A stretch of DNA of 62,562 bases from a virus. Positions 9,598 to 19,431 of the stretch are shown in pieces. Positions within the stretch are counted from its first letter, which is position 1, and each line of letters begins with the position of its first letter. Under the pieces are notes generated by a model. It made no database searches and was not told where the DNA came from. It saw nothing but the letters and a program-made list of their open reading frames with translations. The DNA lies in the UHGV virus genome UHGV-0106067, one strand, 5' to 3'. A program made the translations under genes and the position numbers.

Positions 9598-11107
9598 GCT
9601 GGCCTCCTGTCATGGCTTTCTTGCGCCCTTTGGCATAGGCAATGGTCTTTGACTTGATGAAGTTGTACACTTCAACTGAGGTTTGCAGCGGCGCATTACT
9701 GAAGCCTTTAGGCCACACACCGAACTTCTCCTTGTAGGTATGAGCGCACCATCCGTCACTCAGGGGTTTACCCGTCGCGTTGCGGTAATTCTGATAACCC
9801 TTGATCTCACTCCACCAACGCTGTTTTTCCTCACGGGTGTATTCGCGTTTCCCTTTGTTGACGCGTGAAAGCTTACGATCGCGATCTGTCGCCACGTCAT
9901 CACCACCAAGTGGGCGAAATCCACATTTGGGACACATGTGTACACCAGCAGGCTTCATGAAGTGGCATTTGGGGCATTCTCTGGGAAGTTTTTCAGCTTT
10001 AACCTCGCCACCGCCAGCAGACGCTTTCATTCCGTCATTTTTTCCCGGAAGTTCGTCATACTCGATATCCTCGGGGAAGCCCAGCCGATGAACCGTACCG
10101 GAATGGTCGAAAATCAATGCGCGTTTTTTACCAGACGCAGTACGTAACGCTCTCCCGATGCACTGCAACCAGCGGATTTCTGATTTGGTCGGACGGGCGT
10201 AGATCAGGCAGCGAACATCGCTGTCAAATCCCGCAACCAGTACGCCGACGTTGACAATTATTTTGGTCGCACCATCTTCAAAACGGCGAATGATATCCTG
10301 CCGTTCATCATGGGGGGTATCTGCCGTCATCACCTCTGCGCCAATGCCAGACTGTAAAAACTCACGGGTAACAAAGTTCGCATGAGCCACGTTCACGCAG
10401 AAGCAGATCGTCGGTAAATCCTCGCCATTCTCAAGCCAGTTGCTAACGATATCGCCAACCAGATCCGAACTCCCCATGATGGATGCGAGCTGTTCCTCGT
10501 TGTAATCCCGTCCAAATACGGTGTTACTGGTTTTTACGCCAGTCAGATCAGGCATTGAGGGGGCAAAAAACTCGTAATCGCTCAGATCACCACGCTGAAT
10601 AAGTTCACGAATCGTTGTAGGCTTGATCAGGCATTCGTAGTACTTCCCCATCCAGGCTGCGAATGGGGTGCCGGAAAGTCCAAGAACCCTGATGTCTCTG
10701 TCCCGGATAACCTCAAGTAACGCACGACGCTTCATGTGTGCTTCATCGATGATCAGCAGATCGATGTTGTCAGGAAACTCACGACGGATCAGCGTGTCGG
10801 CACTGGCAATCTGAATCAGTCGTGACGGGTCATAGTTAGGGTGATCACGCCATACAAAACTGATTTCTTCCCACGGTAAACCGTATTCGGTGAAACGTTC
10901 CGCTGTCTGGTTCAGCAGGATGGTGTACGGACAGACAAACATCACCCGCATACCACGTTCAACCATTCCGGCGGTGACGAATGCTGCAAGACCAGTTTTG
11001 CCAGAGCCAGTGGGTGCGTACATCAAGTACGTGCGATGCTGTTTCCACTGGTGCCGCAGCTGGTTTAAACCGCGCTCCTGAGCAAAGTTTGGGATTATTT
11101 TCAGCAT
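9587..11107 (-). CDS. SF2 (DEAD/DEAH-type) replicative helicase
   Basis: Walker A APTGSGKT, DEAH box LIIDEAH, C-terminal zinc-finger-like CPKC..CPKC. Confidence 0.75.
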   Translation of the reverse strand: MLKIIPNFAQERGLNQLRHQWKQHRTYLMYAPTGSGKTGLAAFVTAGMVERGMRVMFVCPYTILLNQTAERFTEYGLPWEEISFVWRDHPNYDPSRLIQIASADTLIRREFPDNIDLLIIDEAHMKRRALLEVIRDRDIRVLGLSGTPFAAWMGKYYECLIKPTTIRELIQRGDLSDYEFFAPSMPDLTGVKTSNTVFGRDYNEEQLASIMGSSDLVGDIVSNWLENGEDLPTICFCVNVAHANFVTREFLQSGIGAEVMTADTPHDERQDIIRRFEDGATKIIVNVGVLVAGFDSDVRCLIYARPTKSEIRWLQCIGRALRTASGKKRALIFDHSGTVHRLGFPEDIEYDELPGKNDGMKASAGGGEVKAEKLPRECPKCHFMKPAGVHMCPKCGFRPLGGDDVATDRDRKLSRVNKGKREYTREEKQRWWSEIKGYQNYRNATGKPLSDGWCAHTYKEKFGVWPKGFSNAPLQTSVEVYNFIKSKTIAYAKGRKKAMTGGQHAD

Positions 11108-11487
11108 GACGCCCCCTTGCTACGTGATTTACCCGTTGCCGGGATCACGTCGATCTCATCGCTAACGTATTGATCCGGATTACGTGAACAGCGCAGAAGC
11201 ACGATACCAGGAATGCCGTATAGCTTGAGTCTGCGCAGTTTCAGTATTGAACGTGCCCGTGGTGACGCTCTGTCCACCTCGATCGCGCACCGTTCACCAG
11301 ATGGGGCAACGACCATGATATCGACGAATCCGCGCTTACCGTTGCCCATATCAACCAGATAATTACGTTCGATCGCCAGTCCGGCATCACGCAATTTGGC
11401 AGCCAGCACATAATCAAACGTGACCTTGTCTTTTCCGGTGTAGAATTTGTTTCCGAGCAGGCTGATAACCACATGTTTGATGAACAT
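11101..11487 (-). CDS. hypothetical early protein
   Basis: 128-aa ORF, start overlaps helicase gene. Confidence 0.4.
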   Translation of the reverse strand: MFIKHVVISLLGNKFYTGKDKVTFDYVLAAKLRDAGLAIERNYLVDMGNGKRGFVDIMVVAPSGERCAIEVDRASPRARSILKLRRLKLYGIPGIVLLRCSRNPDQYVSDEIDVIPATGKSRSKGASC

Positions 11488-11657
11488 GGTACTATTTCCA
11501 CTGTGATAGTTAGCACAATAATAATTTCGCCAGAAACTATCGCGCCCTATACAGTGATCTACCTAACCTATGGAGCTGCCTTCCTCTGGTAGTGCCCTTA
11601 CGGGCACGGATGTTACAGATCTGCCCCCTTACCCCCTTCTTAGTAAAATTTCAAGCC

Positions 11658-11681
11658 AAATAATTTCATATGAAATTATTT
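11658..11681. repeat. perfect 24-bp palindrome aaataatttcat|atgaaattattt in AT-rich intergenic DNA
   Basis: read directly; upstream of the helicase-primase module. Confidence 0.9.
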
Positions 11682-11709
11682 CACAAAAAAATAATCACCT
11701 TGATGAGGT

Positions 11710-11991
11710 CTATTCCTTCCGTATCGCTACTGGCGAAAGCATCCAGCCACGGCTGGCTCTCGCGTACTTCTGGACATACACCCGTAACCGGGTGTTGGCG
11801 CTCCGTCTTGCCCTGTTGCCCTTCCTGAACGATACAGGCTCCTTGTCCCACTCTTCCTGGTACACTCTCGCGTACTCTGCTGCAATTTTTACCCGGGTGG
11901 TCGGGTCTAGCTGTAACAATTGCTCCTGTATCCAGTCCCGATCAGCATCGCTGTACTGATCGGGCATAACCGTTTTGATTTGCCTGTTCAC
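11710..11991 (-). CDS. hypothetical early protein in cII position
   Basis: 93-aa ORF downstream of cro; not similar to lambda CII by eye. Confidence 0.4.
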   Translation of the reverse strand: MNRQIKTVMPDQYSDADRDWIQEQLLQLDPTTRVKIAAEYARVYQEEWDKEPVSFRKGNRARRSANTRLRVYVQKYARASRGWMLSPVAIRKE

Positions 11992-12021
11992 TCACACCTC
12001 CGATGGGCTGTGTGTCCAGGA

Positions 12022-12219
12022 TTAATCATCGCCTCTTACGAACGCAGGGAACGGTCGAACCTCTTCCGCCTCAACTCTGCCGTCATCAAAGGTTTTGACG
12101 TAAATTTCACGTCCGACAAGAAGCGCTTTACTGATCGCGCTCTGCGCCACACCAAAGTCCTTAGCGGCTTTCTTCTGACCGAACCTGTATACGTAATCAG
12201 CCAGGGTCTCTTTTTTCAT
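12022..12219 (-). CDS. cro: Cro repressor
   Basis: [33 protein letters not shown]...EEVRPFP resembles lambda Cro; divergent from cI. Confidence 0.75.
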   Translation of the reverse strand: MKKETLADYVYRFGQKKAAKDFGVAQSAISKALLVGREIYVKTFDDGRVEAEEVRPFPAFVRGDD

Positions 12220-12320
12220 CGCCATAACTGACTCCTTCAAAATGCCCATATCATTACGCACAGTTATTAAAATGTCAACACCGCAGATATTTCATTACAT
12301 ATAACCAAAGGTGATATGGT

Positions 12321-13034
12321 ATGAACATGAAAAAGAAACCGTTAACCCCTGAGCAACTGGAAGACGCCAAGCGTCTGAAAAGTATTTTTAACGCTAAAAA
12401 GAAAGAGTTAGGCCTGTCGCAGGAATCATTAGCCTATGAATTAGGTGTTACCCAAAGCGCTGTTAATCAGCTAATGGCTGGCATCAACGCCATAAATGCC
12501 AGCCACGCAGCACAGCTTGCTAAGATACTGAATGTAAAGGTCGGAGATTTCAGTCCCAGCCTGGCAAAATCTATTGCAGAAATGGCGCTCGCAATTGAAG
12601 AGCCATTAACTCGTGTCCCCGCTTACGAATATCCGTTACTCTCCTGCGTACAAGCTGGCGCATTCTCAATGGATGATATTTCGTACACCGCAAAAGATGC
12701 GATTAAATGGATCTCCACCACCACAAAAGCCAGTGACAGGTCGTTCTGGCTGGAGGTCAAGGGGCATTCAATGACCGCACCGCAGGGTGGTAAACCCAGC
12801 TTCCCTGAAGGTATGCTGATACTCGTTGACCCTGAACGGGAAATCGAGGATGGCGATTTTTGCGTGGCCCGAATGAACGGCGATGAATTTACCTTCAAAC
12901 GATTCATTCGTGAGAGCGGTAAAGCGTACCTGGAGCCGCTCAACCCACGATTCGACATGATTGAGTGTAACGAAAACTGCCAGTTTGTCGGAAAGGTCAT
13001 CAAATCGCAGTGGAATGATGATACTTTTGATTGA
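12321..13034 (+). CDS. cI: CI repressor (lambda CI-like, HTH + S24 LexA-like autopeptidase domain)
   Basis: near-colinear with lambda CI along its whole length ([20 protein letters not shown]... ; [13 protein letters not shown]... ; GMLILVDPE); recognition helix differs. Confidence 0.9.
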   Translation: MNMKKKPLTPEQLEDAKRLKSIFNAKKKELGLSQESLAYELGVTQSAVNQLMAGINAINASHAAQLAKILNVKVGDFSPSLAKSIAEMALAIEEPLTRVPAYEYPLLSCVQAGAFSMDDISYTAKDAIKWISTTTKASDRSFWLEVKGHSMTAPQGGKPSFPEGMLILVDPEREIEDGDFCVARMNGDEFTFKRFIRESGKAYLEPLNPRFDMIECNENCQFVGKVIKSQWNDDTFD

Positions 13035-13130
13035 GCTCACAGAGCGATATTAATAACCTTGCCGGGAGATGCTTGGGAAGCGATTTTCTGGCATTATTAT
13101 CTGAGTTGCCCACAACCTATAGAGTCTTAC

Positions 13131-13292
13131 ATGAAAAAATCATTTGCTGTATTGTTCGTTTTGTTGTCACTGGTAGCTTCGACTCAATCATTCGCTGGTC
13201 GTTGCCAACACGACAATGATACCGCTGCTGACGGCTCTCGTTGTGGTGGTCGTTCTGCTGATTCTCGTCCTGGCGGTGGTGGTATTCGCTAA
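13131..13292 (+). CDS. candidate small secreted peptide (signal peptide + 31-aa Cys-containing tail)
   Basis: MKKSFAVLFVLLSLVASTQSFA-GRCQHDNDTAADGSRCGG...; weak SD; an overlapping alternative frame (13216..13455) encodes a single TM helix, so frame choice is uncertain. Confidence 0.25.
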   Translation: MKKSFAVLFVLLSLVASTQSFAGRCQHDNDTAADGSRCGGRSADSRPGGGGIR

Positions 13293-13296
13293 AAAC

Positions 13297-13322
13297 AAGG
13301 CCGCTTTCCCGGCCTTTATTTC
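13297..13322 (+). terminator. weak terminator/attenuator hairpin inside cI operon
   Basis: aaggccg-ctttcc-cggcctt followed by tatttc. Confidence 0.3.
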
Positions 13323-13471
13323 AATACGTTCAGACAGAATTTTTGGCCTGTTGTTAACTAGTAACCTGAAGAGACGTTTGGGTGATGTTTGGGTGATTTT
13401 AGTTGTGATTAACGAAAACTATGGTGCAACATCTTATAGTAAATTGTTAATATAACAAGGTATTGTATCAA

Positions 13472-14374
13472 ATGAGCCAAAATCTTGATTCAACACTAGA
13501 AACATACATCTCTTGGCAGTTAGAGCAATTTAAGGATAAATTTTTCCCAAACTGTGACGTCATTGCGTACTACGGTGGCATCTTTCCATGGTCAAAAGAA
13601 GTTTACCAGCCAAAACTTGAAGCTATTGGTGAGATGGCTAACAGTCGTACCAATAAATTTCTTGTTATTATACTCAATACAAACGGTGGTTCTGTTGAGT
13701 CTGTAGAAAAAATGGTAGAAATTACAAGGCATTTCTACCAAGAGGTATATTTTATCATTCCAGACATGGCTATGTCGGCAGGTACAATATGGTGCATGTC
13801 TGGAGATAAAATTTACATGGACTATGCTTCTTCATTAGGACCTATTGATCCTCAAGTGCAATCGTCGGACGGTAAATGGGTTCCCGCTTTGGGATACCTT
13901 GATAAAGTTGAAGAAATGATTAATAAATCCAGAGAAGGAACCATTACCCAAGCTGAACTGATGATGCTTAGTCAGTTAGATCTGGCGCACTTGCGGAGAT
14001 ATGAGCAAGCCAGAGAACTATCAATAGACTTGCTTAAGAAATGGCTTGTGGAGTATAAATTTAGAGAGTGGACAGTTCATCAGGGTAACACAAAACGAGG
14101 AAAGCTAGTTACCAAGAGGGAAAAGGAAGCGAGGGCTAAAATGATCGCTACCGCTCTTAGTGACAACGGAAAGTGGCATTCTCACGGAAGAACGATAGGA
14201 ATAAACACTCTTATCAATGACTTAAGGATAAAAGTAGAAGACTTTACATACGATAAAGATTTTAGCATGGCGTTAAAAAATATACATAACGTCATTAATG
14301 AATACATGTATAAAACAAATCGACAGGTTCTTGTTCTGTCTTCTTTCCCTTTTCCAGAACAAAGTGAGTCATAA
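13472..14374 (+). CDS. SDH-family (ClpP/S49-like) serine protease
   Basis: about 300 aa; MSQNLDSTLETYISWQLEQF...NTNGGSVES...MAMSAGTIWCMSGDKIYM pattern recalled for serine dehydrogenase proteinase family; ATG at 13472 preferred over TTG at 13463. Confidence 0.55.
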   Translation: MSQNLDSTLETYISWQLEQFKDKFFPNCDVIAYYGGIFPWSKEVYQPKLEAIGEMANSRTNKFLVIILNTNGGSVESVEKMVEITRHFYQEVYFIIPDMAMSAGTIWCMSGDKIYMDYASSLGPIDPQVQSSDGKWVPALGYLDKVEEMINKSREGTITQAELMMLSQLDLAHLRRYEQARELSIDLLKKWLVEYKFREWTVHQGNTKRGKLVTKREKEARAKMIATALSDNGKWHSHGRTIGINTLINDLRIKVEDFTYDKDFSMALKNIHNVINEYMYKTNRQVLVLSSFPFPEQSES

Positions 14375-14545
14375 ATGAACAAAGACAAATCCCTGACACA
14401 ACAAGTGGAAGAAATACTTAGCAAGCAAAAAGTTAGCGAGCAAGGAAAAATGATTCAATCATTAAAGAACAGGGGCTTGATCAACAAGCCTGTTTTTACT
14501 TTGGCTTATGGACCAGATATTACAACCTGCCAAATGCACCAATAA
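14375..14545 (+). CDS. small hypothetical protein, start abutting protease stop
   Basis: 56-aa ORF MNKDKSLTQQVEEILSKQKV...; ATG immediately follows TAA of protease gene; ends just before terminator. Confidence 0.25.
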   Translation: MNKDKSLTQQVEEILSKQKVSEQGKMIQSLKNRGLINKPVFTLAYGPDITTCQMHQ

Positions 14546-14550
14546 CAAAA

Positions 14551-14577
14551 CCCGGCCTTGGTGCCGGGTTTTGTTTG
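14551..14577. terminator. bidirectional intrinsic terminator between cI operon and hicAB
   Basis: aaaa-cccggc-cttggtg-ccggg-ttttgttt; A-tract and T-tract on either side. Confidence 0.6.
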
Positions 14578-14661
14578 CCTCCTGCTCGCCCCACCATTTA
14601 CCAGTGCGCCGTAAATTCCCCATTCTTCGTGGCGGTGAGGATGTCAAAGACGAAGGGAACA

Positions 14662-15006
14662 TTAAGCCCCTGTGTGATGGTTGACTTCTTTTTCCAGCGC
14701 CTTATTAACAAAGGCGTTCAGTGATAAATCTTCTTCCATCGCCATTTCTGCTACCCGACGATGCAGTTCTGGATCAAGCCTGACGTTAAACACACCTTTA
14801 AACGGGGTATCAGGCTCCTTTCCATCCTCCACACAAGACTGTAAATACAGCTCAACCGATGTCTTAAACTCCTGTTCCAGTTCAGCTAATGTAGAAGCCT
14901 CATAAGTTACCAGGTCTCGAATAAACGCCAGTTTTCCGTACAGGATATTATTTTCAAAATCTGGTTCTACTGTACCTAAATACCCTTTATATTTTAGATG
15001 CTTCAT
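14662..15006 (-). CDS. hicB: HicB-family antitoxin
   Basis: MKHLKYKGYLGTVEPDFENNILYGKLAFIRDLVTYEA... with C-terminal RHH-like segment SLNAFVNKALEKE. Confidence 0.7.
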   Translation of the reverse strand: MKHLKYKGYLGTVEPDFENNILYGKLAFIRDLVTYEASTLAELEQEFKTSVELYLQSCVEDGKEPDTPFKGVFNVRLDPELHRRVAEMAMEEDLSLNAFVNKALEKEVNHHTGA

Positions 15007-15257
15007 AATACCCCAGCCTCTTTCAGATTCTGTTTAATCGCTTTCAGCGTTCCACCTTTAATATAACTTTCTGGATGTGGGCGATGCATTAATATGGTGT
15101 GGTTGATTTCAGCATTGAAAAACCGCACTCTTGAGCCCTGCATTTCCTTTTTGACATCTCCCAGAGAGGAAAACAAAACGACCAGCTCATCCCATTCAAA
15201 CGTTTTTTTACTGTTTAAAAACTTTTCCAGTAGCTTATCTGCTTTCCCCATACCCAC
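15003..15257 (-). CDS. hicA: HicA-family toxin
   Basis: 84 aa, GSRVRFF...HRPHP...GTLKAIKQNLKEAGVL; 4-bp overlap with hicB. Confidence 0.6.
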   Translation of the reverse strand: MGMGKADKLLEKFLNSKKTFEWDELVVLFSSLGDVKKEMQGSRVRFFNAEINHTILMHRPHPESYIKGGTLKAIKQNLKEAGVL

Positions 15258-15502
15258 ATAATCTCATCTTCGCTACATTGCAACTAATTATAGTTACAGG
15301 CAGTGTTTTTGTCAAAAGCCACCAAGCCCGCTGGGTTCTCTTTGACTGTTCGCTGCTTTTCCTGGTGTTATCCGGGGGCTTTTCCCTCACGCCAAATCTC
15401 ACACAGAGTAACCGGCCCGCGCCGGCTTTTCTTTGACCGCACTCCGCTAACCGCCCCCTTGAAAAATAAATCACTTTAAAAATCAGTTAAGTAATATTTT
15501 TT

Positions 15503-15531
15503 TGACCCCAATAACCACCAACGGTATTTAC
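15503..15531 (+). promoter_or_regulatory. pL-like early-left promoter with operator half-sites
   Basis: TTGACC-17 nt-TATTTA resembling lambda pL; flanking CACCGC/CGGTG motifs similar to those between cI and cro. Confidence 0.5.
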
Positions 15532-15577
15532 ACAAAAATCACCGCAAGTTATATTTATTTCAAGCCAGAAACATCGC

Positions 15578-15592
15578 GCCCTTACACAGGGC
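15578..15592 (+). promoter_or_regulatory. boxB-like hairpin (nutL candidate)
   Basis: GCCCT-TACAC-AGGGC about 45 nt downstream of predicted pL start; lambda boxB is GCCCT-GAAAA-AGGGC. Confidence 0.35.
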
Positions 15593-16243
15593 TACATAAA
15601 TCAGTCGTACGGCGCGACTTAACCCGCCGCAAAATGCTCTTTAACAATCTGGAGCTTTACAGCGTCAATGACCTGTTTAGACCCCTACACGTAAACGTGC
15701 TGTATCATCGGGTGCGATCCGGTCGATGAGAGAGTATCCCCGCGCGAGAGCGAGAACGGCGTGAGAACGGGCAACACTGGCAGGAAGTTGGCGCTGACCA
15801 ATACAGGGAATGTTTTGGGGTGTGGTGAAGGGTTCATGGACGGGAATATGTCGCACGTAAAGCGGCGAGGCCCGAGGGACTATTGCTGAAGATAAGTAGG
15901 CCGAATCGGGTCGAAATGGGTCTCCCACCTGCCACATCGCCAAAGCATTTCCGAGAAAGGACGGTATTGACTGCGTGTGATGTCGGGGCTATATTTGGCG
16001 AACACCTCATAAAACGGGTGTCGGGATTCTCACCCCGCTGACAATCGAGGCGATACAGACGCGCCAGCGTCTTTTTTTGTATCGACATACACGCACATCT
16101 TATCAATGGTGGGCTGTATGGGGCCGACTTCGGTCGGGCTGGTTCCCTTGATTGCCAGTTGTGAGAACCCTGTACAGTCCACCGCCAGCGAGCTTCTCAC
16201 CTCCTGCGGTGGTTATTAATCACCAATCAAGGAGGCTGCCATT

Positions 16244-16891
16244 ATGGCTACTATCCCAGTCCTTTCTCAACCTGAAATCACCATTTCCAATGGTCGCGTT
16301 ATCACAACGTCTATTGCTATTGCTGAATTTTTTGACAAGCGGCACGACGACGTTTTAAAAAAAATCCGATTGATGGATTGTTCTACGGAATTTAACGCCC
16401 GCAATTTTTCGGACGTTACCTACACCGACGCCAAAGGCGAACAACGCCCAATGTACCAAATCACCAAAAACGGATTCGTTTTCCTGGTGATGGGGTTCAC
16501 TGGCAAAAAAGCCGCCGCTTTCAAAGAAGCCTACATTGCTGAATTCGATCGCATGGAAAAACAACTATGGGAACAGAAACAACTGGCCCTGTCTTCTCCT
16601 GCGATGAATATCAATTTCCCTTTGTCGTGGTTTTCAGAGCATCACCCCTATGCCACGATGAACTATGTTGATCGCAAGGTTATCAGCCTTGATGCTTCCG
16701 TGCTCTTCGATATGCCAAGCCCAACTATGCGCATCCTCAACGAGCTACACAGCAAGGGCTATAACGTCGACGCAGCTGTCGCTGAATTTAACGCCTTCAA
16801 ACATCTGACGGAAGAAATGCGCCGTAAATTGCTGGATATTTCCCGCACATCGGAAAAGTCTTCCCGCTTTGGTTTCAACGTTAATCTTTAA
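16244..16891 (+). CDS. Rha-family phage regulatory protein
   Basis: 215 aa; strong SD aaggagg; recalled Rha-like N-terminal pattern. Confidence 0.6.
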   Translation: MATIPVLSQPEITISNGRVITTSIAIAEFFDKRHDDVLKKIRLMDCSTEFNARNFSDVTYTDAKGEQRPMYQITKNGFVFLVMGFTGKKAAAFKEAYIAEFDRMEKQLWEQKQLALSSPAMNINFPLSWFSEHHPYATMNYVDRKVISLDASVLFDMPSPTMRILNELHSKGYNVDAAVAEFNAFKHLTEEMRRKLLDISRTSEKSSRFGFNVNL

Positions 16892-16961
16892 TTAACCCCA
16901 TCCCCGACCACATATCGGGGATTAAATTAAATATCTGGATTAATTAACCGGAGGATTTGTC

Positions 16962-17174
16962 ATGCTCAAACCTCACTACGGAACCGCATTAGTTTCTCGC
17001 GAGGACGTTAAACCCGGCACAGCAATTCTTTACAACGGGCGTTATTACATGGCGTCAGCGAACGTTAATAATGCACTTTACGCTCATTCACTGATTGAAA
17101 AAATTCGCATTATCTCAGATGCAATAGAAATTTACCTGAACAATAAAGGCCAACCGTTAATCTCACCAGCCTGA
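16962..17174 (+). CDS. hypothetical protein
   Basis: 70-aa ORF with SD ccggagga. Confidence 0.4.
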   Translation: MLKPHYGTALVSREDVKPGTAILYNGRYYMASANVNNALYAHSLIEKIRIISDAIEIYLNNKGQPLISPA

Positions 17175-17185
17175 AAGGAAATATC

Positions 17186-17467
17186 ATGCTCAATCAAAAA
17201 ATAAATATCAATGTAAAAAGCGTCGTAACTCCAGCAGGAACGATAATGGGAGAAGTTTTTATGGATGATAAAATCATCGCCTATTTTGTCGTCCTGTCTG
17301 ATGAGGCTATTTCTGTTATTGATACGGAAGGCAATGTTATGTTTATCGCAGAACATCCAGAAGACATCGCATTACAGGCCGCTGCATATTTCTTCGCTAA
17401 GGAGCAGGAGGAAGAATGTAACTGCCCTGTATGTCAGCTTTCCCGACAAATTAATTTAATGCATTAA
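17186..17467 (+). CDS. hypothetical protein
   Basis: 93-aa ORF, C-terminal CNCPVC. Confidence 0.4.
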   Translation: MLNQKININVKSVVTPAGTIMGEVFMDDKIIAYFVVLSDEAISVIDTEGNVMFIAEHPEDIALQAAAYFFAKEQEEECNCPVCQLSRQINLMH

Positions 17468-17487
17468 CCGGAATCAGGAGTTCCGCC

Positions 17488-17769
17488 ATGAACGCATACC
17501 TCACCTGCGACCGCATAGAGGAGCGTCGCTGGATTAATCAGCAAATTCAGGATGAAAAGGATAAATGGATTGATGATCGGGCGCAGGAGCTTATCAGCAT
17601 GTTCCCCGATAAACCATTGCTTATGAGCAGCCTTTTTTTACCCAAAGAAGCCCAACTGGCACTCACTGGCGAAAAAGCTGAAGAGGCGTACAACGATTAT
17701 ATCTCAGCGATCGCCTATGCTCGGGCGGAAGAAGAATGGGAGAGAAAATTCTCCCCCTGTCCTTTCTGA
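17488..17769 (+). CDS. hypothetical protein
   Basis: 93-aa ORF in early-left operon. Confidence 0.4.
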   Translation: MNAYLTCDRIEERRWINQQIQDEKDKWIDDRAQELISMFPDKPLLMSSLFLPKEAQLALTGEKAEEAYNDYISAIAYARAEEEWERKFSPCPF

Positions 17770-17785
17770 TTTTCAGGACCAAAAA

Positions 17786-18736
17786 ATGTTCGATATCGTT
17801 GAATTTGTTAAGCAGCAGGAGCGCTTTTTCTGCGAGGCATTAACTGAACCGACGCTGACATGGGCGAAGGAAAGTCAGTTTGCAATTCAGCAATTCCAGA
17901 AAAATGCCTTTCTGGCTGACACAGCACGGGCAAATCTGCCCAGCGCACAGAACGCTATCATCAATGTTGCCGCCATCGGCATAACCCTGAACCCGGCCAG
18001 CAAGCTGGCGTATCTGGTCCCACGAAAAAAGGCTGTATGCCTGGATATCAGTTATATGGGGCTTCTGCATCTGGCACAGGTCACAGGAGCCATTCAGTGG
18101 GGGCAATGCAAACTTGTTTACGAGAAGGACATTTACGAGTCCAACGGTATTGACTGCGCCCCCACGCACAAATACAACCCATTCGTAGACAGGGGCGCAC
18201 GCATTGGCGGTTATTGTGTCGTAAAAACATCCGAAGGCGACTATCTGACCGAAGAGATGAGCAACAGGGAAATCGAGGTCATCAGGGCGTGCAGCAAAGC
18301 CGGAAATAACGGAGGAAGTAGCCCGTGGGATAGTTTCCCCGATGAAATGGCCCGCAAAGCCATTGTTAAACGCGCCAGCAAATACTGGCCCCGTCGCGAT
18401 CGCCTGGATACAGCTATCGACTACCTGAACACTCAGGCCGGTGAAGGTATTATCCTGAATGCTGATCACATCCCTGAGCGCGACGTCACTCCCGCATCAG
18501 ATGAGATTATCAATGAGATCACTCAGGCAATCACCGAAATCAACAAGAAATGGGATGACCTTCTCCCCGTATGTTCCAAAACATTCCGTCGCACGATTGC
18601 ATCACATGAAGATCTCACGCAGGAAGAAGCCGTCAAAACGCTGGATTTTGTCAAAAAGAAAGCTGCCAGAAACAAGGCCACGGCGGAAGCGAAAGTTCAC
18701 GCCACCACGGAAAATAACAGCGAGGCCGTGTCATGA
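17786..18736 (+). CDS. recT: RecT-family single-strand annealing recombinase
   Basis: start placed at internal [11 protein letters not shown] with SD; paired with downstream exonuclease. Confidence 0.65.
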   Translation: MFDIVEFVKQQERFFCEALTEPTLTWAKESQFAIQQFQKNAFLADTARANLPSAQNAIINVAAIGITLNPASKLAYLVPRKKAVCLDISYMGLLHLAQVTGAIQWGQCKLVYEKDIYESNGIDCAPTHKYNPFVDRGARIGGYCVVKTSEGDYLTEEMSNREIEVIRACSKAGNNGGSSPWDSFPDEMARKAIVKRASKYWPRRDRLDTAIDYLNTQAGEGIILNADHIPERDVTPASDEIINEITQAITEINKKWDDLLPVCSKTFRRTIASHEDLTQEEAVKTLDFVKKKAARNKATAEAKVHATTENNSEAVS

Positions 18737-19431
18737 CACCAGAAATTATTCTCCAGCGAACTGGCGTGGATATTACCAGCCTCGACCAGGGCGATGATGG
18801 ATGGCACAAGCTGAGACTCGGTGTTATCACTGCTTCAGAAGTTCACAACGTCATAGCCAAACCACGTTCAGGCAGCAAATGGCCTGATACAAAAATGTCA
18901 TACTTCCACACCCTGCTGGCTGAAGTTTGTACTGGCGTGGCACCGGAAGTTAACGCTAAGTCGCTCGCATGGGGAAAGCAATACGAAGATGATGCCCGTG
19001 CCCTCTTCGAATTTATCGCGGATGTTACCGTCTCGGAAACGCCAATAATTTTTCGTGACGAAAGCATGCGCACCGCCTGCTCTCCCGACGGTTTATGCAG
19101 CGACGGTAACGGTCTTGAGCTTAAATGCCCCTTCACTTCCCGCGACTTCATGAAGTTCCGGCTTGGCGGCTTTGACGCTATCAAGCCTGCTTACATGGCC
19201 CAGGTGCAATTCAGCATGTGGGTTACAGACAAGGACGCCTGGTACTTCGCCAACTACGACCCACGTATGAAGCGTGAAGGCCTGCATTATGTCGTGGTCG
19301 AGCGGGATGAAAAGTACATGGCGAGTTTTGATGAGATGGTGCCGGAGTTCATCGACAAAATGGACGAAGCACTGGCGGAAATTGGTTTTGTATTTGGAGA
19401 ACAATGGGGGGGGTTAATAACTAATGGATGA
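18733..19431 (+). CDS. lambda-Exo/YqaJ-type exonuclease
   Basis: 232 aa; translationally coupled to recT. Confidence 0.65.
   Translation: MTPEIILQRTGVDITSLDQGDDGWHKLRLGVITASEVHNVIAKPRSGSKWPDTKMSYFHTLLAEVCTGVAPEVNAKSLAWGKQYEDDARALFEFIADVTVSETPIIFRDESMRTACSPDGLCSDGNGLELKCPFTSRDFMKFRLGGFDAIKPAYMAQVQFSMWVTDKDAWYFANYDPRMKREGLHYVVVERDEKYMASFDEMVPEFIDKMDEALAEIGFVFGEQWGGLITNG

Noticed and set aside
15502-15729. 75-aa plus-strand ORF at the position where N would be
   Set aside because: No arginine-rich N-terminal motif, it overlaps the boxB-like hairpin, and it reads like translated leader; treated as non-coding.
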